Positions 28,119 to 36,358 of a DNA stretch of 64,000 nucleotides are shown in pieces. The stretch spans positions 44,021-108,020 of the forward strand of contig JAWBBK010000003.1 of NCBI GenBank assembly GCA_038824665.1. The letters run 5' to 3'. The notes under the pieces were generated by a model. It was not told where the DNA came from and did no database searches. It worked only from the letters and a program-made list of their open reading frames with translations. Numbering within the stretch: position 1 is the first letter of the stretch; every line of letters starts with the position of its first letter. Made by a program: the position numbers and the translations under genes. Source of the stretch: Acidilobaceae archaeon. Lineage in GTDB: Archaea; Thermoproteota; Thermoprotei_A; Sulfolobales; Acidilobaceae.

Positions 28119-29483
28119 TCAGCTAGAAGCGATCGCTAACATTACAGGTTCTGGGTATGTCAGTATCTTCAAAACGTCGAGCGTTATGTTGGAGACGTAT
28201 GGAGAAACTATTGAGATCAAATCGATTTTGTTGTCAAAACGTTTAGGAGGATCGCTAAGCTCAAAGAGGTATGGGTGAGCAATTATAGCCAGCGCGTAAA
28301 GAGCTACCACAGCTCTAGGAGAAGGTCTCAGCAACGAGTCTTCGTAGAAGTCCGAGAATTCGATTATCATATCGTGCTTCACGGCTTCTATCCGATAGGC
28401 GGCTTCTCCTAGCGTAGAAGTTAAGAACGATATGAAGTAATCTTTATTGATGAGCCCATGGGAAGTGCTTAAGACGATTACTGACGGGTTTAAGGTTAGG
28501 AGGCTCTCTGGAGACACAGACTGCCAACCTACTACATGTTCGTAAACGTTGAGAAAGCCTGCTAATATCAGGAGATCGTGTTGCCAAGTCTTTCGACCGG
28601 CTACCCATATAGGGTCAACCCAAATCACCATAGCGACAGTCGATCTTTCAGAAGATCTTTCTACAAGCTTAGTGAGTTCAAAAACAGCGTATCTCATACG
28701 CCATGCTAGCTCGTAAGCTTCTTCAGCTCTTCCGAGAGCTAGTCCAAGTACTATCAACGAGTCAATGACTTCAGAGAGAGACCTATCACCTAAAAGGATG
28801 ACGGGGATTCCATAGTTGGATAACACGTCTCTGACCACTAGATGACTCGGAGTGGAAACTACTCCGATAACTAGATCTGGCTTCAGAGCGATTATGACTT
28901 CAACGTTAGGATTCCAGAATCCCCCTATAGACTTCAAAAGTCCGCGCGACCTCATTTCTAAGATAACCGGAGGGAAGTTGGAAAAGTCATCAACTCCTAC
29001 TAGTTTATCCAACGCTCCTATATAATAGATAGACTCAGTTACACTAGGAGCTAACGAGACAACTCTTTGAGGCTTTCTGAGAATAAGTACCTCTTTCCCG
29101 CTTGAATCTCTTATCGTGAGTGGAAAGCCAAGAGCTTCTACAGCCTCTCTGACCTTGGCTTCTAGCTTCTCTACAGCCTCTCTGAGCCGAGAGTTTCTCT
29201 CCTCGAGACCAGAGAGATGAGCACGTAATTCGCTCAGCTCTAAGTATATAGACCGCAGGTCGTCTATGGTCGCGACCTTCTCCATTTTTTCAGTTAGAGA
29301 CGTTATTCTGCTCTCTAAATCTTCGATCTTGTTATTGGCTCCTCCTAACTCTCCTTGAATTTCGTTAAGAGATTCTCTCATATTTTGTAACTCTAAATAC
29401 GTTAGTATTTGTGTAGCTAGTATGACAATTACCAAAAGTCCAGCCAAAACCGCTTTAAGCTTAGTAGACGAGAGGTAGCTCAT
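28119..29483 (-). CDS. BtuF/FecB-like substrate-binding protein with TM anchor and coiled-coil stalk
   Basis: PQRVVSLAPSVTE, LVGVD, E.IIALKPDLV, RPSPR; N-terminal hydrophobic helix followed by heptads. Confidence 0.85.
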   Translation of the reverse strand: MSYLSSTKLKAVLAGLLVIVILATQILTYLELQNMRESLNEIQGELGGANNKIEDLESRITSLTEKMEKVATIDDLRSIYLELSELRAHLSGLEERNSRLREAVEKLEAKVREAVEALGFPLTIRDSSGKEVLILRKPQRVVSLAPSVTESIYYIGALDKLVGVDDFSNFPPVILEMRSRGLLKSIGGFWNPNVEVIIALKPDLVIGVVSTPSHLVVRDVLSNYGIPVILLGDRSLSEVIDSLIVLGLALGRAEEAYELAWRMRYAVFELTKLVERSSERSTVAMVIWVDPIWVAGRKTWQHDLLILAGFLNVYEHVVGWQSVSPESLLTLNPSVIVLSTSHGLINKDYFISFLTSTLGEAAYRIEAVKHDMIIEFSDFYEDSLLRPSPRAVVALYALAIIAHPYLFELSDPPKRFDNKIDLISIVSPYVSNITLDVLKILTYPEPVMLAIASS

Positions 29484-29622
29484 GAATGGTCACCCTAACC
29501 AACAGTGCTAGCCAAACTCTAAAGTTAAAAAAGCCTCAGAACACGAAAGCCGATCTTATTGACTTGTGACCTCTAATTCGATTTAGGAGATCTCTAATAA
29601 GAGGTTACATAAGAGCTTAGAT

Positions 29623-30750
29623 ATGGGGTTTGCTTCAGTGGGTAGACTCAGCATAGAGCTAGGCAGGTCTCTTGAAGACCTAGTAGAGATTTGGCTATCT
29701 CGTAGAGGCTACGCTTATGAACGCAATGTAAGAGTTGAGACTCCGTTAGGCAGATTTGAGACAGACTTTTTAGTATATGACGATAAAGGAAAGTTCATTG
29801 TAGAAGTGAAAAACTTAAAAGACCCCGTAGATAGAGACGCCGTGCTGAAAGCCTACAACGCTTCTCTCGCTATGATAGCCTACAAGGCGGTATTGATATC
29901 GTCCTCAGGCTTCACAGACGCGGCTCGAAGCTTAGCTAAGCTTCTGGAAAGAGTAGAACTGGTAGAACTGAAGGACATAGTAGCAGAACTTGAAGCAGAA
30001 GCTCTAAATACGGGTCTACAATTTCTTGAACCTCAATTGACGCTAACTCAAGTGAAAGAGTGGCTAACGAGAAACGTGATTCGAAAAAAGTTCTTAATCC
30101 TGGTTGCAGAAAAGATAGTCGACATCGAGCCGATATACTATCCTGTTTACTTAATGAAAGTCAGGATAGCTCTAGATCAAACCAAGACCCGCTTCAAGGA
30201 GACGTTCGCTATGGCTTCAGCGGTCTCGGGGCTTCCTCTAGCCGTGGACAAGGCTAAGAAGACTGTCTACGAATCCCTTAAAGAACTCATAGATATGTCT
30301 CCAGAGCTGGTAGAGGTCTATAGAGTCTATGCTGGCAAGAGCGTAAGCAGGAGCGAACTCGTTCAGCTCTACGGAACGAGTCTTTGGAATAAACTGATGA
30401 GGAGCTTGTCAGCAAGAGGTCTGGTGAGACAAGTGTCGAGTCGTCCGTTAGTGGTTGAAATATTAAACGTCTTACCTAAAGTTGAAGACCTAGAAGAGAT
30501 AGTTAAAATAACGAACGAAGCGAAAAGAATCAACAGACCTCCTTCCAATTTTAGCGTAAAAGAGCAACTGGTTTCTATAGGTAGCGTTAGGTCTTTCCTC
30601 AATCAGACTTTAGGAGCAGATATAGTTACGTACGCTCTACTATACATACCTCTCTTTAGAGCTAAACTGGAGGACGAGAACAAGAACTACAGGATCATAT
30701 GTATCACAGGTTGGTTGAGAGATCCCATGCTATACCTAGGCTGTTCTTAG
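29623..30750 (+). CDS. Mrr-like PD-(D/E)xK endonuclease domain protein
   Basis: G..LE..V, ETD..IVEVKN, SSSGFT.AA. Confidence 0.72.
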   Translation: MGFASVGRLSIELGRSLEDLVEIWLSRRGYAYERNVRVETPLGRFETDFLVYDDKGKFIVEVKNLKDPVDRDAVLKAYNASLAMIAYKAVLISSSGFTDAARSLAKLLERVELVELKDIVAELEAEALNTGLQFLEPQLTLTQVKEWLTRNVIRKKFLILVAEKIVDIEPIYYPVYLMKVRIALDQTKTRFKETFAMASAVSGLPLAVDKAKKTVYESLKELIDMSPELVEVYRVYAGKSVSRSELVQLYGTSLWNKLMRSLSARGLVRQVSSRPLVVEILNVLPKVEDLEEIVKITNEAKRINRPPSNFSVKEQLVSIGSVRSFLNQTLGADIVTYALLYIPLFRAKLEDENKNYRIICITGWLRDPMLYLGCS

Positions 30751-30804
30751 AGCGGAGGAGTCGTTTCTATAAGTTTCGAGCGAATGTGAGAAAGGGACGA
30801 GAGC

Positions 30805-31368
30805 TTGCTCCAAACTGAAGAGCTACTGAGTTTTTTGATGTCCAGAAGAAGCATTAGGAGGTTCAAGAAGACTCCATTAGACATCTCTCTGGTGCTTAAG
30901 GCTATAGACGTCGCTAGATATGCTCCTAGCTCTCGTAACTCCCAGCCGTGGAGGTTCATCATTATATCGGATGAGAGTCTCAAAAACGCTCTCTCATCTA
31001 TACATCAATGGGCATGGCCTTTAAGAGAGGCTCCCCTAGGAGTCCTTATAGCTTGTAACACCCAAGAGTCTCCACTCTCCTACATGCTAGACTGCGCTAA
31101 CGCAGCGACGTACTTCATGCTAGCTGCACACGCTTTGGGTTTAGGAACTGTTTGGATCCAGACTTTGAGGAACACAGAAAAGCTAAGAGAGTTGCTAGCC
31201 CTACCTCCAGACTATGTCCCTATAGCTCTCTTAGCTGTAGGTCATCCTGACGAGCAACCTCAAGTCAAGACTAGAAGACCACTTGAAGAGATAGTTTATA
31301 TTAACAAATTCGGAGAGCCTTTCAGATCAGGTAGTCAGCTAAACAGAGAGAAGCTCGAGACTAGCTAG
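30805..31368 (+). CDS. Nitroreductase family protein
   Basis: RRSIRRF, APSSRNSQPW, LAAHALGLGTVW. Confidence 0.9.
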   Translation: MLQTEELLSFLMSRRSIRRFKKTPLDISLVLKAIDVARYAPSSRNSQPWRFIIISDESLKNALSSIHQWAWPLREAPLGVLIACNTQESPLSYMLDCANAATYFMLAAHALGLGTVWIQTLRNTEKLRELLALPPDYVPIALLAVGHPDEQPQVKTRRPLEEIVYINKFGEPFRSGSQLNREKLETS

Positions 31369-31417
31369 GTCAAGGTGCTTAACCTTTATAGCTCTCTCGG
31401 GTCCGAAAGGCTAGGGA

Positions 31418-31494
31418 GCCGGGGTAGCTCAGCTAGGTAGAGCGCCGGGCTGTTAACCCGGTGGTCGGGGGTTCAAGTCCCCTCCCCGGCGCCA
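31418..31494 (+). tRNA. tRNA-Asn(GUU), CCA encoded
   Basis: GCCGGGG acceptor, CCGGG-CTGTTAA-CCCGG, TTCAAGT; TTTATA box at about 31385. Confidence 0.96.
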
Positions 31495-32154
31495 CGATCT
31501 TTTCACAACGTTTTTTGAGAAAGACCATCCCAAAACGTTGATAATAGTGGCTGAGGCGAGAGTCGAGAAGGCTAGGAGCACCGACAAAGTTATCGCTAGG
31601 TCTCTCCAAACTCCAGATATAACTAAAAACGCGAGAACAGGGAGGAACGCAGTTACTGAGGAGAGTAGTGCTAGGGGGGTTCTGAACGTCAGAAGAGAAA
31701 CAAGAGCTAAGACCGTCGAGGCTATGATTAGAAGAGCGAGCTGAAGCGTTAGATCTCCGAAAAAGCTTGTATAAGAGTACAACACTACTATAAGCAAAAG
31801 CGTAGCTAGAGCAGAGATAGCTCTGCTTAGAGTTGTGAGCGTGCTGTAAAAGCTAACTACGGGGCGAACTTTCCTCATGCCGTTCTCTATAGCTTCGAGA
31901 ACGCTTACAGCTGAGGGAAGGTCTTCGTTTTCAATAGAGCGAAGTAGTTGAACGGCTAGAGGCTCTAGAGAGTCAGGTAAGCTTATACCGAGAGTCCAGC
32001 TTTCGCTATTCAGAGCTTCAAGTTTGTAGATCAGTTTTGAAAGCCTTTTGTGAAAGACCTTCCATCTTTCATCTTCTCTCTTTCTATAAGCTAGCGCAAG
32101 GCTTTTGTAGACCTCTGGAAGTCCTGTTAGAATCATCTCCTCTTTAGCCTCCAA
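31453..32154 (-). CDS. Hypothetical membrane protein (about 4 C-terminal TM helices)
   Basis: Hydrophobic C-terminal half; last 14 codons are antisense to tRNA-Asn. Confidence 0.6.
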   Translation of the reverse strand: MEAKEEMILTGLPEVYKSLALAYRKREDERWKVFHKRLSKLIYKLEALNSESWTLGISLPDSLEPLAVQLLRSIENEDLPSAVSVLEAIENGMRKVRPVVSFYSTLTTLSRAISALATLLLIVVLYSYTSFFGDLTLQLALLIIASTVLALVSLLTFRTPLALLSSVTAFLPVLAFLVISGVWRDLAITLSVLLAFSTLASATIINVLGWSFSKNVVKRSWRRGGDLNPRPPG

Positions 32155-32422
32155 ATACTTTCTTTAGAAGATCTGAGGTCCCTCTTTCACTTGATGTGAA
32201 TAATCTTCTAGCTATCTCATATAGCTCTCTTATCTCTTCGTTGCTTGCATAATCTAGAGGTATACCGATACCTCCCGCTAACTCCCATCTTTCGTATAGT
32301 TTATTCATTATAGCCGCTACGGTCTCGTTTGAGTAAAACCTCGATTTCAATTCGGCGTCCGAACTCTCATCTATCATTGCTATGAGCTCTCTCTTCATGC
32401 GGTTCCTATCCAAGCTACTCAC
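32144..32422 (-). CDS. Hypothetical protein
   Basis: 92 aa ORF overlapping the next gene start; LYERWE..G.PLDYA. Confidence 0.6.
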   Translation of the reverse strand: MSSLDRNRMKRELIAMIDESSDAELKSRFYSNETVAAIMNKLYERWELAGGIGIPLDYASNEEIRELYEIARRLFTSSERGTSDLLKKVFGG

Positions 32423-32559
32423 TCCTCGTTAAATGCTCTAGTGCCGATCTAGTAAAGCTTTTGGGTCAACATAAAGACACGTCGAAACTTGTTTAACTGG
32501 GGTCTACAAGCTTCGTTCTCGGAAGACCAGCTCGGATTGCGATCTCGGGCTCTGAGACC

Positions 32560-33618
32560 ATGAGTCTGGAAAGCTTTGGTTTCAAGAGAGTAGGCTCCTT
32601 CTATAACAGACCTCTATTCAAGGTTGGGGCTCCAACGCCTCTCATTGGACATATAGCTTTTGGGATCATAGACAGAGGGACTAATGTGGTTCAGATTAGA
32701 CCTACTACGCTTTGTCCCTACTCTTGTGTTTTTTGTAGTGTAGATGCAGGTCCTTTCAGCAAATGGAGGCAGGCAGAATTCATTGTTGACACAGAGTGGC
32801 TGTACCGTCATGCAATTGAAGTAGCCAAGTATAAAGGAGGTAAGTCGCTAGAAGCACTTATTGACGGGGTAGGAGAGCCTCTTACACACTCAGATATTGT
32901 CAGGTTAATAAAATTGTTAAAAGACTCAGGGCTTTACGATAGGGTAGCTATAGAAACGCGTGGGGGTCTTTTAACGAAAGAGATCATAATTGAGTTAGAA
33001 AAAGCGGGTCTTGACAGAATAAACTTGAGCATTGACTCCACAGATCCCACTCAAGCTAAAGAGCTAACAGGAGCTAAGTCTTATGATGTAGCTCAGGTCT
33101 TAGAACTTGTTGCATGGACTCTAGAGAACACAAAAATAGATGTGATCTTAACTCCAGTAGTCATACCGGGAGTCAACGAGAAAGAAATGATCAAGATAAT
33201 CGAGTGGGCTAAGAGACATAAAGCGGGGGAGAAGAGTTCCTGGCCTTCAGGAGTCCTTATTCAAAAATACGAAGTTCACAGGTATGGGAGGAAGATAAAA
33301 AACGTGAGACCATGGTCTTGGAGCAAGTTCTATGAGTGGTTGGCAGAACTCGAGAGAACCACAGGCTATAGACTGATAGTCTCTTCTAAAGAGATAGGGA
33401 TCGAATCGAGACCTCAGTTACCTAAGCCTTTTAAAAAGGGAGACGTGATTTTAGGGATTGTCTTAGGACCTGGCTGGCACAAAGGAGAGTACCTCGTAGT
33501 AGATAGAGGTTTCAGAAGACTGATAGCTGTCTTCCCCGCTAGAGAACTAAGCCCTGGAGAGAGCCTCAGAGTGAAAATAGAGGAAGACGCAGACAACATT
33601 TACGTAGCTACAGTCTAA
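32560..33618 (+). CDS. Radical SAM protein with C-terminal TRAM-like domain
   Basis: FGIIDRGTNVVQIRP..CPYSCVFCSVD, DGVGEP. Confidence 0.85.
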   Translation: MSLESFGFKRVGSFYNRPLFKVGAPTPLIGHIAFGIIDRGTNVVQIRPTTLCPYSCVFCSVDAGPFSKWRQAEFIVDTEWLYRHAIEVAKYKGGKSLEALIDGVGEPLTHSDIVRLIKLLKDSGLYDRVAIETRGGLLTKEIIIELEKAGLDRINLSIDSTDPTQAKELTGAKSYDVAQVLELVAWTLENTKIDVILTPVVIPGVNEKEMIKIIEWAKRHKAGEKSSWPSGVLIQKYEVHRYGRKIKNVRPWSWSKFYEWLAELERTTGYRLIVSSKEIGIESRPQLPKPFKKGDVILGIVLGPGWHKGEYLVVDRGFRRLIAVFPARELSPGESLRVKIEEDADNIYVATV

Positions 33619-33628
33619 CTTACGACTA

Positions 33629-34762
33629 GTGCATTATAAACACTTAATACTTCTGTCTAAATTATTGTTTTCTCAAGATCTAAAGCCGAGGAAGCGAGGT
33701 GTATCAGGAATTCCTAGAACGGGAATAGAAGGATGGGGGGTTTACATACCTAGGTATTGGCTTCCGGCTTCTGAGGTAGCTAGAGCTTGGGGATGGTCTG
33801 ACCATGTCTGGAGAGGTCTCGCAGTTGAAGGGAAAGCTGTAGCGAACAGTGATGAAGACTCGACCACAATGGGCTTCGAAGCGTCCTTAAATGCCATATT
33901 GAGAGCAGGCATAGACCCCAGCGAGATCGGAGCTGTTCTCTTTGGTTCCGAGTCTAAACCTTATGCCGTAAAGCCGAGCGCTACAATAATAGCTGAGGCT
34001 TTAGGAGCGACTCCAAACTTAATGGCTAGCGATCTAGAGTTCGCCTGTAGAGCTGTAGGAGAAGCGCTTAGAATAGCTACAGCCCTCGTAGAAGCTAAGA
34101 GCGTTAGCTTCGCTCTAGTCATCGGTAGCGATACGGCTCAAGCAAGTCCGGGCGACGTTTTGGAGTTCACAGCTGCAAGCGGAGCTGCAGCTTTTGTCAT
34201 TGGAGCTAGAAACCCTGCAGCCTTAGTCGAGGGAAGCACCACTTACGTTACCGATACCCCAGACTTCTGGAGAAGAGATGGGTCTCCTTATCCAAAACAC
34301 GGAGAAGGTTTTACTGGAGAGCCTGCATATTTCGCTCATATAGTCTCGGCAGCCAAACGGCTAATGGAAGACATGGGTCTCAGACCATCTGATTTCAAAT
34401 ACGCTGTCTTCCATCAGCCTAACGGTAAGTTTCCCGTCAAGGTGGCACAAATGCTCGGCTTCTCGATGGATCAAATCAAAATAGGTCTCGTAGCTCCGTT
34501 TATAGGAAACACGTACAACGGGAGCGCTAGCATAGGGCTTGCTAGAGTCTTAGACAACGCGTCTCCGGGAGACAGAATCCTACTAATAACCTACGGTAGC
34601 GGAGCCGGTAGCGACGCATTCAGTCTCTTAGTTACGGATTCGATACTCGAGAAAAAGGAAAGAGCACCCAGCGTAGACGATTATCTGATGTCTCGAGTCC
34701 AGATCTCCTACTCAGACTACATTAAGTTTAGGAACAAAATAAAAGGTCCTCAAAGAGAGTGA
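33629..34762 (+). CDS. hmgS: Hydroxymethylglutaryl-CoA synthase (archaeal type)
   Basis: DED, GSESKPYAVKP, EFAC (catalytic Cys), VFHQPN, GNTY, YGSGAGSDA; true start probably ATT 33710. Confidence 0.92.
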   Translation: MHYKHLILLSKLLFSQDLKPRKRGVSGIPRTGIEGWGVYIPRYWLPASEVARAWGWSDHVWRGLAVEGKAVANSDEDSTTMGFEASLNAILRAGIDPSEIGAVLFGSESKPYAVKPSATIIAEALGATPNLMASDLEFACRAVGEALRIATALVEAKSVSFALVIGSDTAQASPGDVLEFTAASGAAAFVIGARNPAALVEGSTTYVTDTPDFWRRDGSPYPKHGEGFTGEPAYFAHIVSAAKRLMEDMGLRPSDFKYAVFHQPNGKFPVKVAQMLGFSMDQIKIGLVAPFIGNTYNGSASIGLARVLDNASPGDRILLITYGSGAGSDAFSLLVTDSILEKKERAPSVDDYLMSRVQISYSDYIKFRNKIKGPQRE

Positions 34763-34772
34763 GGTGTAGATA

Positions 34773-35912
34773 ATGACATTCATAGTAGGAGTTGGTTTGA
34801 CTCAAGTAGATAGACACTACGATAAAGGTCTCAAAGACCTAGCTCTTGAAGCTGCCACAAAAGCCTTAGAGTCAACAGAGTTGAACAGAGAAGATATAGA
34901 CTTCGTTCTGATAGCATCCAGCGTGAGCTACCTACAAACAAGACAGTTAGATTTAGCTTCTTACATAACTTCATCAATAGGTCTTAGAAGGGCTAGAGCT
35001 CTATCTGTAGAAGCAGGAGAGGCCTCAGGTCTAGCTTCAGCTCAAGTAGCGCTATCCCTCATAAAGAGCGGCCTTGCTGAAAACGTGCTTATAGTTGGCA
35101 TAGATAAATTGAGCGATGTAACTTCTTCAAGAGCTTACGAACTCTTGTCACACCTTCACGATGTTGACTATGAAGGTTACTACGAGCTAGGTTTTGGAGC
35201 GGTTGCAGGAATCCTCGCTAGAATGTATATGAAAAGATACAACGTAGACAGGCTTACCTTAGCTTACTGGTCTACTCTCATGCACGCTAATGCGAAAAAC
35301 AACCCCTACGCTATGCTTAAGTTCAGCATAAGACCAGAAGCGGTTCTAGACGCGCCTCCTATAGCGGAGCCTCTGACACTTCTCGACGTACCTCCTATTT
35401 CTGACGGTGCTGCAGCAGTGGTCCTGTCAGCTAAGAGCAGAAGCTCTCTAGCCAGACTAGTCGACGTCGAATCGGCTACGAGCTTTCCTAGCGTAGCTCT
35501 TCAAGAAGACCCTCTTAAGATAGAGTCACTTGAGCTAGCGTTCGCTAGATTGAAGACTAAAAGAGAGATCGAGGCTATAGATGTCTTGGAGATTCATGAT
35601 TCTTCCAGCATAACCGGGATACTCATATTGGAAAGTCTAGGACTAGCGAATAGAGGAGAGGCGGCCAAGATGCTCGCAGAAGGTTACTTCTCTAACGAAG
35701 GTCCTCTTGTAAACTTAAGCGGAGGACTCAAAGCTCGAGGACATCCTATTGGGGCTACAGCAGTCTACCAACTCGCTGAAGTAGCGATGCAGATAGCTGG
35801 AACATTTCCAGGAAGGAAAGCTCAAGACGCTCAGAGAGGACTGGTTGTGTCTCTAAACGCTCATGGATCTTCGTCTTATATTGCATATCTAGATAGAGGT
35901 GAGGAACAGTGA
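34773..35912 (+). CDS. Thiolase-fold protein lacking both catalytic cysteines
   Basis: DGAAAVV and NLSGGLKARGHPIGAT present; VEAGEASG in place of VEAACASG and EIHDSS in place of EVHDCF. Confidence 0.85.
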   Translation: MTFIVGVGLTQVDRHYDKGLKDLALEAATKALESTELNREDIDFVLIASSVSYLQTRQLDLASYITSSIGLRRARALSVEAGEASGLASAQVALSLIKSGLAENVLIVGIDKLSDVTSSRAYELLSHLHDVDYEGYYELGFGAVAGILARMYMKRYNVDRLTLAYWSTLMHANAKNNPYAMLKFSIRPEAVLDAPPIAEPLTLLDVPPISDGAAAVVLSAKSRSSLARLVDVESATSFPSVALQEDPLKIESLELAFARLKTKREIEAIDVLEIHDSSSITGILILESLGLANRGEAAKMLAEGYFSNEGPLVNLSGGLKARGHPIGATAVYQLAEVAMQIAGTFPGRKAQDAQRGLVVSLNAHGSSSYIAYLDRGEEQ

Positions 35913-36358
35913 GCGTATCGCCTCCAGCCTTTTGGAGATCTAAGAGATATAGGCTAATAGGAAGACACTGTACGACTTGCGGACGCGCACATTATCCGCC
36001 CCTTAAGGTCTGTCCTTACTGTAGTTCACATAATCTGAGAGACGTAGAGCTGCCGAGAAGAGGAAAGCTAGTAAGCTATTCTATAGTTTACGCTACGCCA
36101 CCTGATAAACGCGAAAGGACTCCTTTGGTTGTCGGTCTAGTTGATTTGGGGGTCGTGAAACTCATAGCCGAACTCACAGATGTCGATCTGGCGGAACTCA
36201 GAGAAGACATAGAGGTTGAGGCAGTATTAAGAAAGCTCAAAGAAGACAGCTCATCAGGCTTAATAGTATATGCCATCAAGTTCAGACCTCTGTTTACCTC
36301 TGAAAAGGGTTCTAGCGACGGCCTGAAGGATGCAAACAATGGCCAAAAGCTTGGATGA
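35909..36358 (+). CDS. DUF35 zinc-ribbon/OB-fold scaffold protein
   Basis: CTTCG..YPP..CPYC, GKLVSYS, AELTD, YAIKF. Confidence 0.88.
   Translation: MSVSPPAFWRSKRYRLIGRHCTTCGRAHYPPLKVCPYCSSHNLRDVELPRRGKLVSYSIVYATPPDKRERTPLVVGLVDLGVVKLIAELTDVDLAELREDIEVEAVLRKLKEDSSSGLIVYAIKFRPLFTSEKGSSDGLKDANNGQKLG

Noticed and set aside
16942-31494. Integrated elements or introns at the three tRNAs
   Set aside because: All three fold as intron-less cloverleaves; no integrase or duplicated tRNA 3' end seen.
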